Origin: Saccostrea cucullata
Lineage: Eukaryota
Reading direction: 5' to 3'
NCBI RefSeq assembly: GCF_032062105.1
Contig: NW_026935164.1
Span: 62,001-126,000, forward strand
DNA: 64,000 bases
The stretch's first letter is position 1. Every line of letters starts with the position of its first letter. A program made the position numbers and the translations under genes. Shown here one piece after another: positions 12,780 to 27,219 of the stretch. Below the pieces are notes generated by a model that saw nothing but the letters and a program-made list of their open reading frames with translations, searched no databases and was not told the DNA's origin.

Positions 12780-13380
12780 ACATTGATAAATCTTTCAAAT
12801 GAAACATCTAAGGATGTACATTACCAGGCTTGCTTAAGATGCTTGATCTGATCGTCATTTTCCGGATAAGTGACCAAGTCAAAGTTTTAGGATCACGTTT
12901 ATTGTAAGCTTGACCATGCATTTGCAAGGATGATGCACACTAACAGGATTGCTTCATGCAGATACTCGATCTGGCTTTTTCTGAATGAGTGGCCAGGTTA
13001 AAGTTTTTGGAGCACTTTCATTTTAATTGCATGAAAGTTTGCCCTTTCTGGACCAATTTGTAAGAATTATAAATCTAAGGATGCAATGATATACTTATAC
13101 AGAGTTGCTTCAGTAACTGAATTTGAAATACATTTTCCAGCAAAATGATCCAAGTTTTTGTAGCAGGTTCCTTCACAAGCAAACAAACCTAGACCAAACT
13201 TACATGGATGATGCATCTAGGGTTGAACTCTTTAGATGCTAGATTTTCCTCCCTTTTCCTGATGAATGATCAGAATAAAATTTTTGTTGCGATTCCATTC
13301 CAAAGTAACTTTATGACCTTCTTAACCAAACTTGCCTGGACGTTGCATCTAGGAATCTGCACTACTATAGATTATTAAGT
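12780..13380. repeat. Old degenerate tandem units (~120-150 bp), probably HINE internal repeats
   Basis: Recurrent ttgcttc/gatgcatctagg/tttccngatnaatgacca motifs. Confidence 0.4.
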
Positions 13381-16068
13381 TTAGTGTGGGACTTTCCATT
13401 ACCTAAAGACAACTATTTAAACAAGTCATTACCTGTCGACTTAATTTCACAGTATATCAAAGTAACACAGTTTTTTTTAATAACGTTAAGGTTTGAAAAC
13501 TAAATCTTTTGCATTGGTTTAGGAATTAAATGGTAGAAAATATATTTCTTTTAAAATCATTAATTCACATAACGTAAATCATAAGTAATAAGGCAATGTT
13601 TTGAAACATTTATGGGGACTTACTTGATAATTTCACAAACCTGTATTACATGTACTCCTCGATAAAGGTTTATAAATTGTACCTTAATTTTTATTAGAGT
13701 TTCAATTGAAAGAGGAAATGTGTTTTTTAAACAAATGTAATATTTTTTAAACCATTATTTTTTTTCTGTTGTATTGATGGGTTTGTTGGGGGGATAAGGG
13801 TGAGAGGGCACTTGTTTTTAAAAGTAGTTTTTGTTTCGTTTATTTTTATCCTTTGTGTATATTTTAAAAGCTTGTTTTCTACAAATCTTTATTTTGTTAA
13901 CGAAATGATTTTTTTCAATCCTCCACATCACCAGAACATGGAATTCCATTCCAAACATACAAAGATATAAACATGTAGTTGATTTTATATCAAACTTATT
14001 GAAATGTCTTTACATTTTAAGGTCAGCATTTTAAAATTCAATCTTAAAAGTGAAACGACTAAATATAACTTGTTTTATATCTTTATTCTGATAACACAGT
14101 GAATATCAGTATTTTTTCTCTACCCTTGATATTATATCAGGACGAGATAATATCTAACTGACACAAATAAAGACGTAACAAATATTAAATAAAAACAAGA
14201 TGCATGTATAATATCACAGTCGCTGATATCTGCAAAATAACACTCTATGAAATAAAAATACTCTATTCTTATTACATAATGTATAGGCCAAATTCGATAT
14301 CTTCTTTACTGAAAAGAAAGAGACCCCACTGCACATTTAATGAGCCTGTAAACTACAGATTAAAAATAACTTCCACACGTGCAACCAAACAAAAAAGAAA
14401 AACGCTTGGAATGTGCTTATCAGAGGATTAGAATGAATTCAGGATAATTTGCTGTGCAAAAGAATTAATGTTGGAAAAAAGAAACCTGAAATGTCTCTAT
14501 GATATATAAAAGACATTAAACTTAAAGGATGTTTACGTAGTATATGTATACTAACTTTCAAACAGAGAATTTCTTAAATATTTACCCATTTACAGAAGAC
14601 TGAAGTTTTCCGTCAGTACATGTAACACACCAATAGTGGGACACGTTATTATAATACTGATAATAAAACGTCAACCAATCTAAAGCTATGAATTTGAGAG
14701 TTCCTCCAAATCTCCCTGTTTGCAAATAAGATGAAAATAACAAAATTCGTTGTTGACTACATTCTACAAAATGACAATTTGGCACACATGATGTGCAATG
14801 CAATTGCACGACAAATCACAGAACATTTCGAATATAAAAATTGATATCAATTTTAAACAGAGAAATATATGAACAGTTATTCCAACGTTTAATTGATATG
14901 GAATAAAATTTATCTTACAATAGTGTTTGAATCAATTACTTTTGGAAATATACATCAATTGGACAGATGTTTATGGAAAAAACACATTTATTATAATGTG
15001 CCAGTTTTTAAGAAGCTTCAAAATGAAAATAAAAACATTAGATTAATAAAAAATCAGTTTGAAAACACAAATTATACTTCGCAGTGAGTTACAGTAGGAA
15101 AGTTGTTTCATTGCTTTCAAATAATTCCCAGTTTCATCAAAGTCAAGATCACAATAATATTGATTGATATGTAGAGAGGCCATGAATCATGGATTTCGAT
15201 CCGTAGAGGCAGGCAGTTACATTAGATTTCACTTTCAAGGAATATTCAGAAACCTAGAGTTATTAGCAATGGTTGATTTGCACCTTACATGTTTCAATTA
15301 ACAATGATACAGTGATTTATTAGGGTTGAAGATGTGCAATGATGGATAAAAAACAGGAATTACTAGGAAATTACAAGAATTAAAAATAATGGTAGACACG
15401 GTCCTTCTAATCTGTAAAAGTAGTTATATCTTATTAAAGATCATTAAATTGCATCTAGAGGACATCAAATTCCACTTTATATTTTCTCGGGTTAGATCTT
15501 TACCCCAGTTACACATAATCCACTTTAACAATGAAGTTTTTCGCTTGAAATGAAGAGAATCAAACATCCATTCTACTTTTTTTAAAACTGCTTATATTTA
15601 TTCACTGAGGATTTCCTTAACAATTATTCGATGCAGTCGTAAACGTCTAGAATCGATAAGGACATCAAAGGACTTATAACTTTTAAATACAAATGAAGAC
15701 CTATTCTCCAACGTTGAAAATAGAATTTATCGTATATAGTAATTAAGCTGCCTTACAGGATCGTAAACTACTGCAGAAGAATAATTAAGTTTTTTTTTAA
15801 ATCAAAAAAAAAAAAAAATTGATTAGGAAAAGAAATCCACAAAGACATATGCATCCTCTATTACCTGCATTAACATATCAAAATATAGTTTTATTACTGT
15901 TTAGTTGCATAATTCTTTAACTTGCATTCATATTGATAAATAATTATACATGTGTGATATGGCATGCTGAATGTAGTAATTGATCCCCTTACGAACTCCT
16001 GAAGTGAACAGAATATATTTTATGATAACCCAAGATTATATTATGAACGATTCATGAAAAATAAAACT

Positions 16069-17060
16069 TTAAAAACACGAACTACCAGGCTTTTCATCTA
16101 GATTTTCTATCTGATAGACGCATTCTTTAGCCCTATCTGTATGATGCACCACAGTTTCAATTTTCGGTAAATTTTCACTGCTTGATTGCACATTTGGAGC
16201 AGGTTCCTCCGACATGTTTTGGGAATGCATACTGGTGGATTCCTTAGGGGAAATAGATTGTTCAGATCTTGATTTCTTCCCCTTTAGTTTATGCCGTGTT
16301 TCAGCTTGCAAAGGTACTGTTAAAAACTGAATCACTCCACCCTTGCCTTCTGACAGAGGCGAATCGCTACCTCCCGTTGACTGTGTCCTTTGCTTCTTTT
16401 CTCTCTTTACTTCTTTTGGTTTAAAGAACCTTGTTCCTAAAAAACTGGCGCGGCGTGGAAGATTGCCTGGTTCGATTTGACTCTGATCAGAATCACGGCG
16501 ATCTATAGAATTAAGGTTCGCACCCACACTCTCTGAACGTTTCCTATCCGTGAAGCCTGCAAATCCTACCCGTAATCCGAACAAATTAGAGCCGGATGGT
16601 AATTTCCGTAATTTATCCATTTTACCATTTGGCATTTCAAGAGAATCTTTATGTATACTTTCTCTAGATTTCGATTTTCGTTCTTCGGTAATTTTGTGTA
16701 GTTTTCCAGTAAAGTCAAACTTAAATTTCTTTTTTCTACGTGAACTTTTTGAACTTTCTGAACTATCATCTGAATCTTTATCCTCGTCTTCACTCGCACT
16801 TGTGACGACTGGGGTCGATTCCATTACTATTTCATTAACCAACTTTTGATCTTCCTCAAGGTCAGCTCTACTACTAACAATGCTTGGATTTTTGCCGATT
16901 TTGGTTAACCTTTCAGCGGCAACACTTTCCATAGTTCTGCGCATGAGGGGATATCTTTCCAATACTGTATTAAAATGTTCAACCGATAAAGAATAAAGAT
17001 TCACGTAGGTTTCTGCACGTACACTAGCAACCCTTTTGGCATTTGTTAGTAAGCATATTT
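16069..17060 (-). CDS. HCN: HCN terminal coding exon (CNBD end, long C-tail)
   Basis: [26 protein letters not shown]...KPGSSCF*. Confidence 0.95.
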
Positions 17061-20000
17061 CTGTAAATACAATATAATGTGTTTATTGAATAATTTTGCA
17101 AGAAATCAAAAAGGAGAAACTGTGGTTTCATCAATATTCGTTGAGCACCAATTTTTGAGGATTTCGTTGTTGAGCAGATCCACGAATTTAAATGTTCATT
17201 GAATTAAGAAATATGTTATTCACTTCTATAGGCAATGCTTTTGTCCACGAAATTACGTATCCTCGAAAACGTTTGTTTTACACAATACACAAAATTGATG
17301 CCAACGAAAATTGATGAAACCACATTAACCGAGGAATTACAATATTTTGGAACAAATGCAAACGTGCGTAATTTTAACTGCGATAAAAAAGAAAAAAAAA
17401 CTTTTTTAATGGAGACTGGTAAGAGGGCAACTTACCACCAAAGTATGAACCATCAGACAGCGAAGTGGCGATCTCGCCGTCCTTAGTGATAATGTCGACG
17501 ATTCCCTCTTGAATGAAGTACATCTTTGTTCCCATAGTTCCTTCTTTTATGATATAATCCCCAGGTTGAAAGACTTCAAATTCCAATTTACTGATTACCT
17601 CAGAAACAAACTGGGGATCAGCATTTGTGAAAAATGGCACGGATTTCACCAAGGCTCGACAATTATGGTTGATAACTTCCTACGAATATAAAGTCATTTG
17701 TTCAGTTTCTTTGGCAAGTAAATTTCTATCCACGGTAGAATTAAAATGGAAATACAATTGTAAGATGCTCTGTATTTACAAGTATTATACTTATATAACT
17801 AAGGTGCTATATACCTAATTCATCCATTCCACTCATGAAGTTATTGCTACTACTGTTTGAATTGCACGTTGTAAAACAGATGAAACCTCTAGGGTTTAAC
17901 AACAATTTTAACATGAGGTTACTTTAATTTTTCGATTAAGTCTACATCAATCTACAAAATTGCTTTGTACGTTAAAGTATGCTACTTAAGAGAATAATAA
18001 ATATAATTTTTGTATATATCTTCCTAAATTCCATTCATTATTCCTATTTACTAAAATTCGCCCATAACCAGAAACAAACTTAAATTCACACAACATGGGA
18101 AAGTTTGCAAGTAGATAAATCTATACTGTGTTTCTGAGATTTCCTTTAATTCTTTTATAGTTCAATGCAATATTTTCGTCCTTTATTGTAACCCGACTCT
18201 TTCCCAAGGGATTAAACTTCGTTTAGGAAGGTTCCAAATAAATTTCTTTCTTTAGTCGAGATAGTCTAATTCCTTATCATTGAGGTCTCACCTTTACTCC
18301 GGGGATCCTAATTTGAACATTCTAAAATCTTTACTTTCATATACGTTTCCTTTTCAAAATTTTTTCTTACGAACTCGTAGTTAAATGCAAAGATTTCATC
18401 TTCTATTGTAACTATAATTTAAACTCAAGATTCATGATTTGGACAATTTACAATCTACGCTTTCTCAGAAAGGTTTCATCTTAGGTTCATTTTGGCCCCG
18501 TGGTTCTAAATAAGCCGATTTTTATTGATTTCTTTGTTTTTGCCTTTTTCTTGATTATCTCTCCTTGGAAGTGGGTTTGCATGGTCCTTGATTTTCAACA
18601 ATTTAGAATCCTTAATACGCATGGATGCTTCGTACCAGCGTTGGTAAAAATTGTTCCTATGCTTCTTAAGAAGAAGTCAGGAATTGGGAAACGTTCAATA
18701 GATAAGTGGATGGACGGTGATCAGAAACAATACAAGTACTTGAGCTTTCAGATGAGATAAGCTCATCAAATACACGTAATATATATTACACATAGTGCAT
18801 TTTTCTTAAGTTTGCTTATGTAAACATAACAGTTTAAGAAATAAGTACCTTAGTGAAAAACGTTATAGTATTTCACTTAACGATTTTTGAATTGATTCAG
18901 AAACGTATATATATTGTACTATGTTGGAATCTTGAAAAATACACACCTGACGAAGACACTCATTTAATTCAACCAAAATATTGTCTTCATCAAACATTTT
19001 GCCCTGGTAACGATGTTCATAATACTCGGATATCCTTTGTCGTAGTTTTCTGGGTAACTTTCTGTATATCATGTATTCCTCAACTTGTTTGAACTGAAAA
19101 TACATGAGATCTTGGCGTACATATATCTTACATAAAATAATGTTTACAACTGCTCGAATGTTCAGTATTTCTAACTTCGCAAAAAAAAAATAACAGTTGC
19201 TCTAGATCTTTTTTTATATGAAAGACAATTTTAAAATATCTTGTATACAGGGCGCTCAATAATGAATAGTCCCTTCATTATTATCTACATAATAGTATGT
19301 TTACGACTGTAAGCAAAGGTAAACATCTCGTTTAATGAGATAGACAACGAAATAAAGTAAATTTAACTAGTTAACTTAAAAAGCTTACGTCATTAGATGA
19401 TAAGAATGACTCTATGAAAGGTCATTTAAACATTAAGAAAGACCTTTGAAGATTTTCATATAGACTCCTTGTGTTTCTCTACAATAAGTTATATCCAAAA
19501 ATTTCAAATGAAAGTTTGCAGTTCTATGGATATGTTACAATCATTTCAGTTATCTTGAAGTTACATGCTTCAAAAAAAAGTTTCCATAATTTTTCTAAAA
19601 ACCTTGCAGTGTTCCAATTCAAAAACAGAAGATTGCTACATTTTTCTCATTTTTAATTACAATTTTTGAAGTTTTACACTTCGTGCTTTTGTGATATTCT
19701 AATGCTTTTAAATTCTTTTAAAAACTATAAAACTTTTCAAAATCAATTTTTAACATCAATGTCATGTATTTTTCTTTTCAAAAGCTTTATTTTAATGCTC
19801 AATGCATTTTGTCCATGTATATTTTTTTTTGTATACTGTAGTACCTTTTCGTTATAAAGCCGTCGTGATGTGTCAAATGACTGAATTATCGTTGTTGTAT
19901 GCCCAAGGAAAAGTGCATAACAAGTAGCACCACTAAGCATGCTCAAAATAGTCAACCACGTGTCCGTCATATTTTGTGGCGGGAAACGTCCATAGCCGAT

Positions 20001-23000
20001 ACAGAGCATGTGGGACAAAGCTTTAAATAACGCCCATGTGTACTGTGTAAACCATGAAGCATGCTGAAATAAATTAAAATACAGACTTAACAAAACGGAA
20101 CAGTATGTATATTTTTTTCATTAGTCGGAATGAATACTAAAGGAATCGTTCTGGTTATTCTTTCCAAATAAAATGGACTTTTGAATGAATTTAGAACTAA
20201 AGAAAAAATTGTCTGATGATTAGGAAATTCAGATTTAATGTTCATGAGTAATACTTGATTTTGAGGTTAAAAAAAACATGAATAATATCTGATAATGTCT
20301 TTCTCTTAAAAATACATATATGTTCTTATTACTTTGAAACTGAGATAGGTTTCGAGAAATGCTGTACGCAGCGAGGTGTTAAAAATATTCTGACATACTC
20401 CCCCCCTTCGCACACAATTATTTGAATCTCTCTTGTATATCTGGCAGCCTGTGGTTTTACCCATTAATCTTTTATTTGTAAACTCCACCACAACGTTGCT
20501 ATTTTGATGCTTCATTAAATATGAATACCATTAGAGATTTTAGACTTTCATTGTTACAATTCTTGTTGCTTTTTGGCTTCGATGCATCGACTTTCCTTTT
20601 TTAAGAGTGTTGAACAAAGCTCCAAAGTCAGTTATACAAACGGCAAACTTTTAGTGTATTTTATTTCTGGTTTCTAAGATATGAGTTTACCTTTAGTTCT
20701 TCAATGGAAACCCAGCAGTCTTTTGGGAAGTCTTCTAACATTGGCACTAAGAACTGCAGACACCCATTCCAATGACCGAGTAGTAGCATGAGACATATCA
20801 GATTAAAGATCCGCATAAATTTCCCAGCTACAGCAAGAAACTGAAAAAGTACAAATAGACAAGTTTCTAGTAGATCGTGATTTGCGTGTATTTATTTCTA
20901 AAAATGTTAACATTTTAGACAAATGTATATATTACATAATCATTCATCTTGTAGTTCAGCTTAATAAAAGACTGGGGAGGGAAGTGGAAAATGACAGCAG
21001 GGGTCAAAAGGTAATTGAGTTTTTTGGAGAATTCTGCATTATATGAAGCAAATTTGCTGAAAAAGAGACTCTCAACAGAGTAAAAAAAATAGAAAGCAGT
21101 GATAAAGGATGCAGTGAACCGAGAACTGCAAAAGCAGGTGCTGAAAATGCATGTAACATAACACTGGAATGACATTGTCATCTCTTAATCATGTTTATCA
21201 TTCTTCCAATTATTTTAAGGAATATTTTTTTAAGAAATGAAAAATAAGAAATTTAAAAAATTTTATGCATGATTGTATTACCGTATATACAACAAAGACA
21301 GGTATAGAAACAACAAACTGAAGCGAAACACAGAGCATGCCACATACAATAGCCAGCACATGCCAATGGTGAACTGGTTTTCACAGTTCAGATCAGAGTA
21401 TACTTCTAGTTGTCATCATTCAGAAGACAATCATTCAACATACTATGAAAGAGATCACTTTTTACAAAGTCATTTTGAATCCAACGTGCATTTCTAAAGA
21501 AATTATTTCTTGGTGCACTATAAAGTCCAACTCCGACAAAAAAGGCCTAGATGATTTCATCCAATCAGAGACTGCCTTCAACTCACCCCAGGTCGTTTTC
21601 GGCGTCCAAACATACTCAAACAAGGACAGGCTTCAAACTAATCGGAAATAAATCATGAGTACAAACAGGTTATGCTTAAATCCAAATAAGGATGTTAAAT
21701 GCAAGAAATTAAACGCTTTGCGCTGTAGACTTAGTAGAAATAAAGACATGGGGAGAAACCGTACTCAAAATAAAAGAAAACAGAAAGGCTAAATATAATC
21801 GTCAGTTCTTGTGTAGTAGGGTTATGACACACGTGTTGGTACGCATGATGTTTAATGGAATATTACAATGTTTGTGTTTATTAATCTATAGGATTTCCTA
21901 TAATAGTGACTACTATGCGATTGCTTTAGTTTGGTCACATGTATTGCTCCACAACTTTTATGTCGCTAAGGATATATATATTGATACTTGAAAGCACAAA
22001 ACTCACCTTCTTAGTTTTTAACAGCTGGAAAGCCAAATAAAAAGACATATTTGTAAGATTTGGGATTCTACACAGTTATACAATGAAGAACGACAAACTT
22101 TGTTTTTTTAACACGGCGCAATTGCAAAATATCAACAGTTGTGATACACTATTTAGTAATGGACTTTTGAAAGGAGCGCTGACTTTTACACTTGACGGCT
22201 TAATTTTACACATTAAGACAATGTACAGAAATTTTTTATATAAATTTGTAGCTCAACATTTAATTAAACGAAAATATCGGGTTATTTCAAAAGCACAAAT
22301 AAGTTGCCCTTGAAGAAAATGACATCCACACTACCCTCAACTCCCGGCATTAACATGTTCCCAAAACACCATACCTATTACCACTAGACATTTTTCTGAT
22401 CTATTATCTATTCTGTACCTACGTAGATGATATAGGTTTAAATGTCAAAGTAAACCGTCATCTGTAAAAGTCAGAGCTTCTCGCAGAAGTTCAGTACTTA
22501 CTGTATAACTAAGTGTTGCCTATTTTATGAATACAATTCCTCAATTTTTTATTAAGAGAAAACACATCGATTACGTACGAAGTATAACACATTATACAAC
22601 GTTTATAATTACAAAAGGTAGGGTGCACATTTGGAAAATTTGGGAATAAAAACTCTTTAAAATGACATGATTGGTTGTATTTAGGTACGTGGTATCGCTT
22701 TTATACCATTACCATGCATCCACAACAATGCACACGAACTGAGCCCAATTTTTAAGTTTAATACACTCATGCAAAATAGGAATATTTGCGAAAACCAGTT
22801 AGTATTTACAAAACTGTATTCAACACTTCCCTCCCACTTTACATCAAAGTAATCAGTAGATAATTTATTGGAAAAATATAATTTATGAACTGTTGTAATG
22901 CTAATGAAGACAAAAATTGAGACAATGCAGACGACAGAATGACGTTTTACTTTAGATTCTTACCTCTTCCCACTGTTGTACGTATCGCACCAAACGGGAC

Positions 23001-26000
23001 AACCGCAGCAATCGTAAGAGACTCAGCAGCTTTGCCAACCGTAAAATCCTCAACGCCCTTCCTACAATTAAAACATCATGGTTACTTATCAGATACTATA
23101 ATTGTTTTTCTTATTGCCCTAACAACACTTTTGATTGTTTTATCAACATATTTGTATTTTTTTTTTATTTCTTTATTTAACACCATTATGTAATATCAAG
23201 TCCATGTCAGTATATGCTAATGTATATTTTAAATCTAAGATAGAAAATTAAAACAAAAATATGCAGATCATGCTTCAGAACGTTTGATACAACAATGTTT
23301 TAATGCAGTATTTGATGATGTATTTCGAAATGACAAGAAATTGCAGATGATAATATTTCATAGATTTGCATGATTTTGTAAATGTTTTTGAGATCCATTA
23401 CTGTTTGTTTATTTCAACCTCTTTTTCATGTAAAGCCCCAAGCGTTGGAATAGAAAAATTTCTCCTAAATAAAAAGTACGCTCCTAATCATTTGAATTCC
23501 AAAGTGAGAGGATGCATGTTTAACATTTATCTTTATATTCCTGAGAAATGGTATGTATAAATAACTTAAGAAGATGGGGGAACAAGGCGGGCAGAATGCC
23601 TATAGCGTCATATATTAAAAGATCGTATGCAATATGTGAATTGAGTAAATAAATTAACTTCTAATTATTGAAGTTTTAGAAATTATGAGAAAAAAACTTT
23701 CTGAGAGAAAAAAAAAATATTGTAAAAAAATTTCTTTCTTAAAATTAGGCCTATTTGATGATATTCGTGGGACTCGAACCCTAGGAATAAAAATCCGTCG
23801 TATCAATAGCATACTGCTTTGAGACTAACGCGTTAACCACTATGCTACATCACTCCTGCTGATTTCGGGCATTTAAATCATGTTTGTGATATGACCTTCG
23901 ACTTAATGGACTTCAAGTATTTCTTTGAAAGATGCAAATGTTGTGTCATAAAAGTGTACTTTTAAGGTATTGTGGGTCTTCGCTCCATGTTTTTGTAAAC
24001 CAAAAAATGTGTATTTTACTGCAAACTTTTAGGATCATCTTTCAGAAAAATGGAGCGAAGACCCACTCATATTGAAAAACCTTGTTAAAGTATGAGAAAA
24101 TGATCGTTTTTGTTCTTTTTAGTGTGTGTAATCTTTTTCATAGGCAAATAATTTCAGTCTTTGTGAGATTTTTGTAAATTGTAGAGATTTTACATAAAGT
24201 AAACTTTAATATTAGATGAAATATCAAATAAAATTTAGTTTAAATTGAGATTAAATTTTTCACTTCTTATCTGTCGCACTATAGGCACTTCGCCCGCCTT
24301 ATCCCCCCATCTTCTTTACTAAAATGAAAAAATAGGAAGATGCTTTTTAGAAGGGATTTCTTGGGAATTTTTTTTTCTGCGAAAGCACTTCAAACAAAAA
24401 CTTTATACAAATTTACTTGTGTGTGTGTGTGTGTCCATCTATATAAAATATGTAAAAACCCTATCAAACTAACAGTAAATGCCAAGATTTAAAACACACA
24501 AACTTGTAGATGTGTAAAAATAAACACTGGTAATTATATGTACATCAATTGCAATCACATATTGATAAATCAGGATGTATTTAATTGATTACATTAGAAT
24601 AGTTAAATGTATAGCACCTCGTGTCAAGTACAAAATTCCCTCGTATTGATTTCCCTTGAAAATCTTAGAGGGTCATATATTTTATGCTTTTTATGGAACA
24701 GATGTAGATAACGAACAGTATTCAAGATCAAAACTCCATAAAACAATACAAAATAGGAGCAGAGCAAACACAGACCTCCAAAACATCAGAGGTGGGATCA
24801 GGTGCCATGGAGGAGTGAGCATCCCCTGCCAAACGGTCACTCCCGCCGTGCGCTTTTTGTCATGATCGGGAAATTACGGGAAAATCCGTCGTCGATTCAG
24901 TGTATAAATTATGGACTAACGATAAATATGTAAAACATTAGTCAGCATTTGACTCAATAATAAATTGTATTTGCTGACAAGGTAATAGAATTTACGAAAT
25001 TATTACTTTAAACGAGACTGCTGATATCCGTGTTTCATCAACTTGTTTATCAATAATTTACCTCGTTTTTAGAAATTGTTCATACGTAGAGCATGCTCTG
25101 GCGTATCGAATCAACTGAGATCTATAAATTCCGTATGCAGGTGATGAAGGTATACTGCATAAGTAAGAGAAGTTGACGATTAAAAAGTTAAAGTCACCTC
25201 GTTTATCATAGAGCTTGGTTGTTAGATTACCATTAACGTTTTTATCAAGTAAAATATCCAAATATCAATATCAAATCAACATATAATATCATACCCGGTA
25301 TTGATAAAATAAATGATTCTAGAAAGTCCTAAATATTCACAAGTTCAAAAAATTATACCAATTCACAAAATACAACCTTTCACTAGAGAATGAAGATATA
25401 ATTTATAAAAAAAAAAAATAATAATATTGACAGTAGAAATTGTGGTCACAACATCGATAAAAAAAATATATACTCCAGCATGCAGAGAAAGTGAAGTGAA
25501 GTGAAACATTCAACAATTTCATCCTTTTATCTTTCATTTTATGTAGCACATTACATATACACGAACACACAATAGTTATATATATTAAACACCGACAAAG
25601 GCCCTGAAGGAAACCTCGGTGCTTAGAACAAAATCACTTACAAAGCTCTTCCTTCCATTCGTTTTAATTACTATAACCTCCTAGGATATCCAAGGCGACC
25701 ATTCTCAATAATTTCTCAGCTTATATAAAAAATTTCTATTAAATGTTGCAATGGTATACAAAAGGTCTTAAGCATACAGAATGTCAACAAATTAATCGAA
25801 TTTTTTTAAAAAGTTTTATAAATTAAAAAAAAAGAGGGAGATGAAAGTAGATTTTATCTTTTGGGATGAAAACATTTGCTTTATAACAAAGAGGTTCATA
25901 TTCAAAAGAGTTTGAAATTACAAAAGTTGATCATTTTAAAATAAGTATCCTCTATCGTCAATAAACCTCAGCGTTAGTGCACACAAAGCAATAAACATTC

Positions 26001-27126
26001 TGAAGTTTTATAGCAGCAATTTCAACAAAGACAAGCCTTCATCGGATTAGAGGTAAATGCTTAAGAGTAGCAATCAAAATTCCTGTTTAGGTATGCATGT
26101 ATATGATATATTTTTACAAAAGGCATTTATTATTTTGTTTGCACGGTTTTCTTAGGAACAGAGAACCCTTTTTATCTTTCTTTATGCAACACACATGACA
26201 GTTCCCAAAACAATTTTCGAAGGATGTACCAAGCTATCTGAGGAAGACTTGTAAAATTACAAACCCCGAGGAAAGCTGATACAATTACGTGAAAAGGTTA
26301 AATAAAGGCAGGACAAACAAAAAAAAGTAACGTGATATAAGAGAGAGAATTATGGGAATGATCACCTTGCCAATAAGAGCCGGCATCCACTCGCGAGCTC
26401 GTACCTGCATGGATCATTTGGTAAAAGTCGGCCTCGGCATCCCACCAGAGAAAAATATAATCCATTGGAATACTACTGATGAGATCAAGGAAAAACCAAG
26501 ACTTAACATAATGCTTGGCTATCAACTTAGGATCTAAAATGATTTCGTCTGCGAAGTCATTCAATATTATACCTGTAATTTAATAAAAAGTTGAACAATT
26601 ACACAATATACATGTACATGTATATTAAATCAAAATAAAACTCTTAAGATTTCAGATTCAATTGGCCAGTTGAGTTTTATTCCTGATCTAACTACCTTTA
26701 GATAATTGTTAATTTGTATGTTAATTTAGTCAAATATTGGCCTTTATTTAACCATATGTGACATTGAAGTATTTCTCTTAAAATTTGCTTCTTTGAAAAT
26801 CTTAATCATGGATTTTAATTTGTTATCATACACAAGTTAAATTTAGAGATAACGCTCAATTCATATAATTATTTTTGTCCTGGCCTACTGTTCATGGGGA
26901 AGAAAATGTATTTCAACTAAACAAATAAACAAAAAAAAATTAAATAAGAAAAGAGTTTCTTATTTGACAAAAAATAGTCTTCACCATTATTTCGAAGGAA
27001 AATTCTGAGATTGCTTACACGTATATTCAAGATGGCAGAGGATCAAAACCCAGCGAGGAGCAAATTCCGGGAAATTACTTTCGAAAATATACGAAGTGCG
27101 AGATCTAAATAAAGGACAATGTACAC

Positions 27127-27219
<93 letters not shown>

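Noticed and set aside
16550-16849. Antisense and alternate-frame ORFs over HCN exons (also 55953-56138, 22939-23193)
   Set aside because: Shadow frames of real coding exons.
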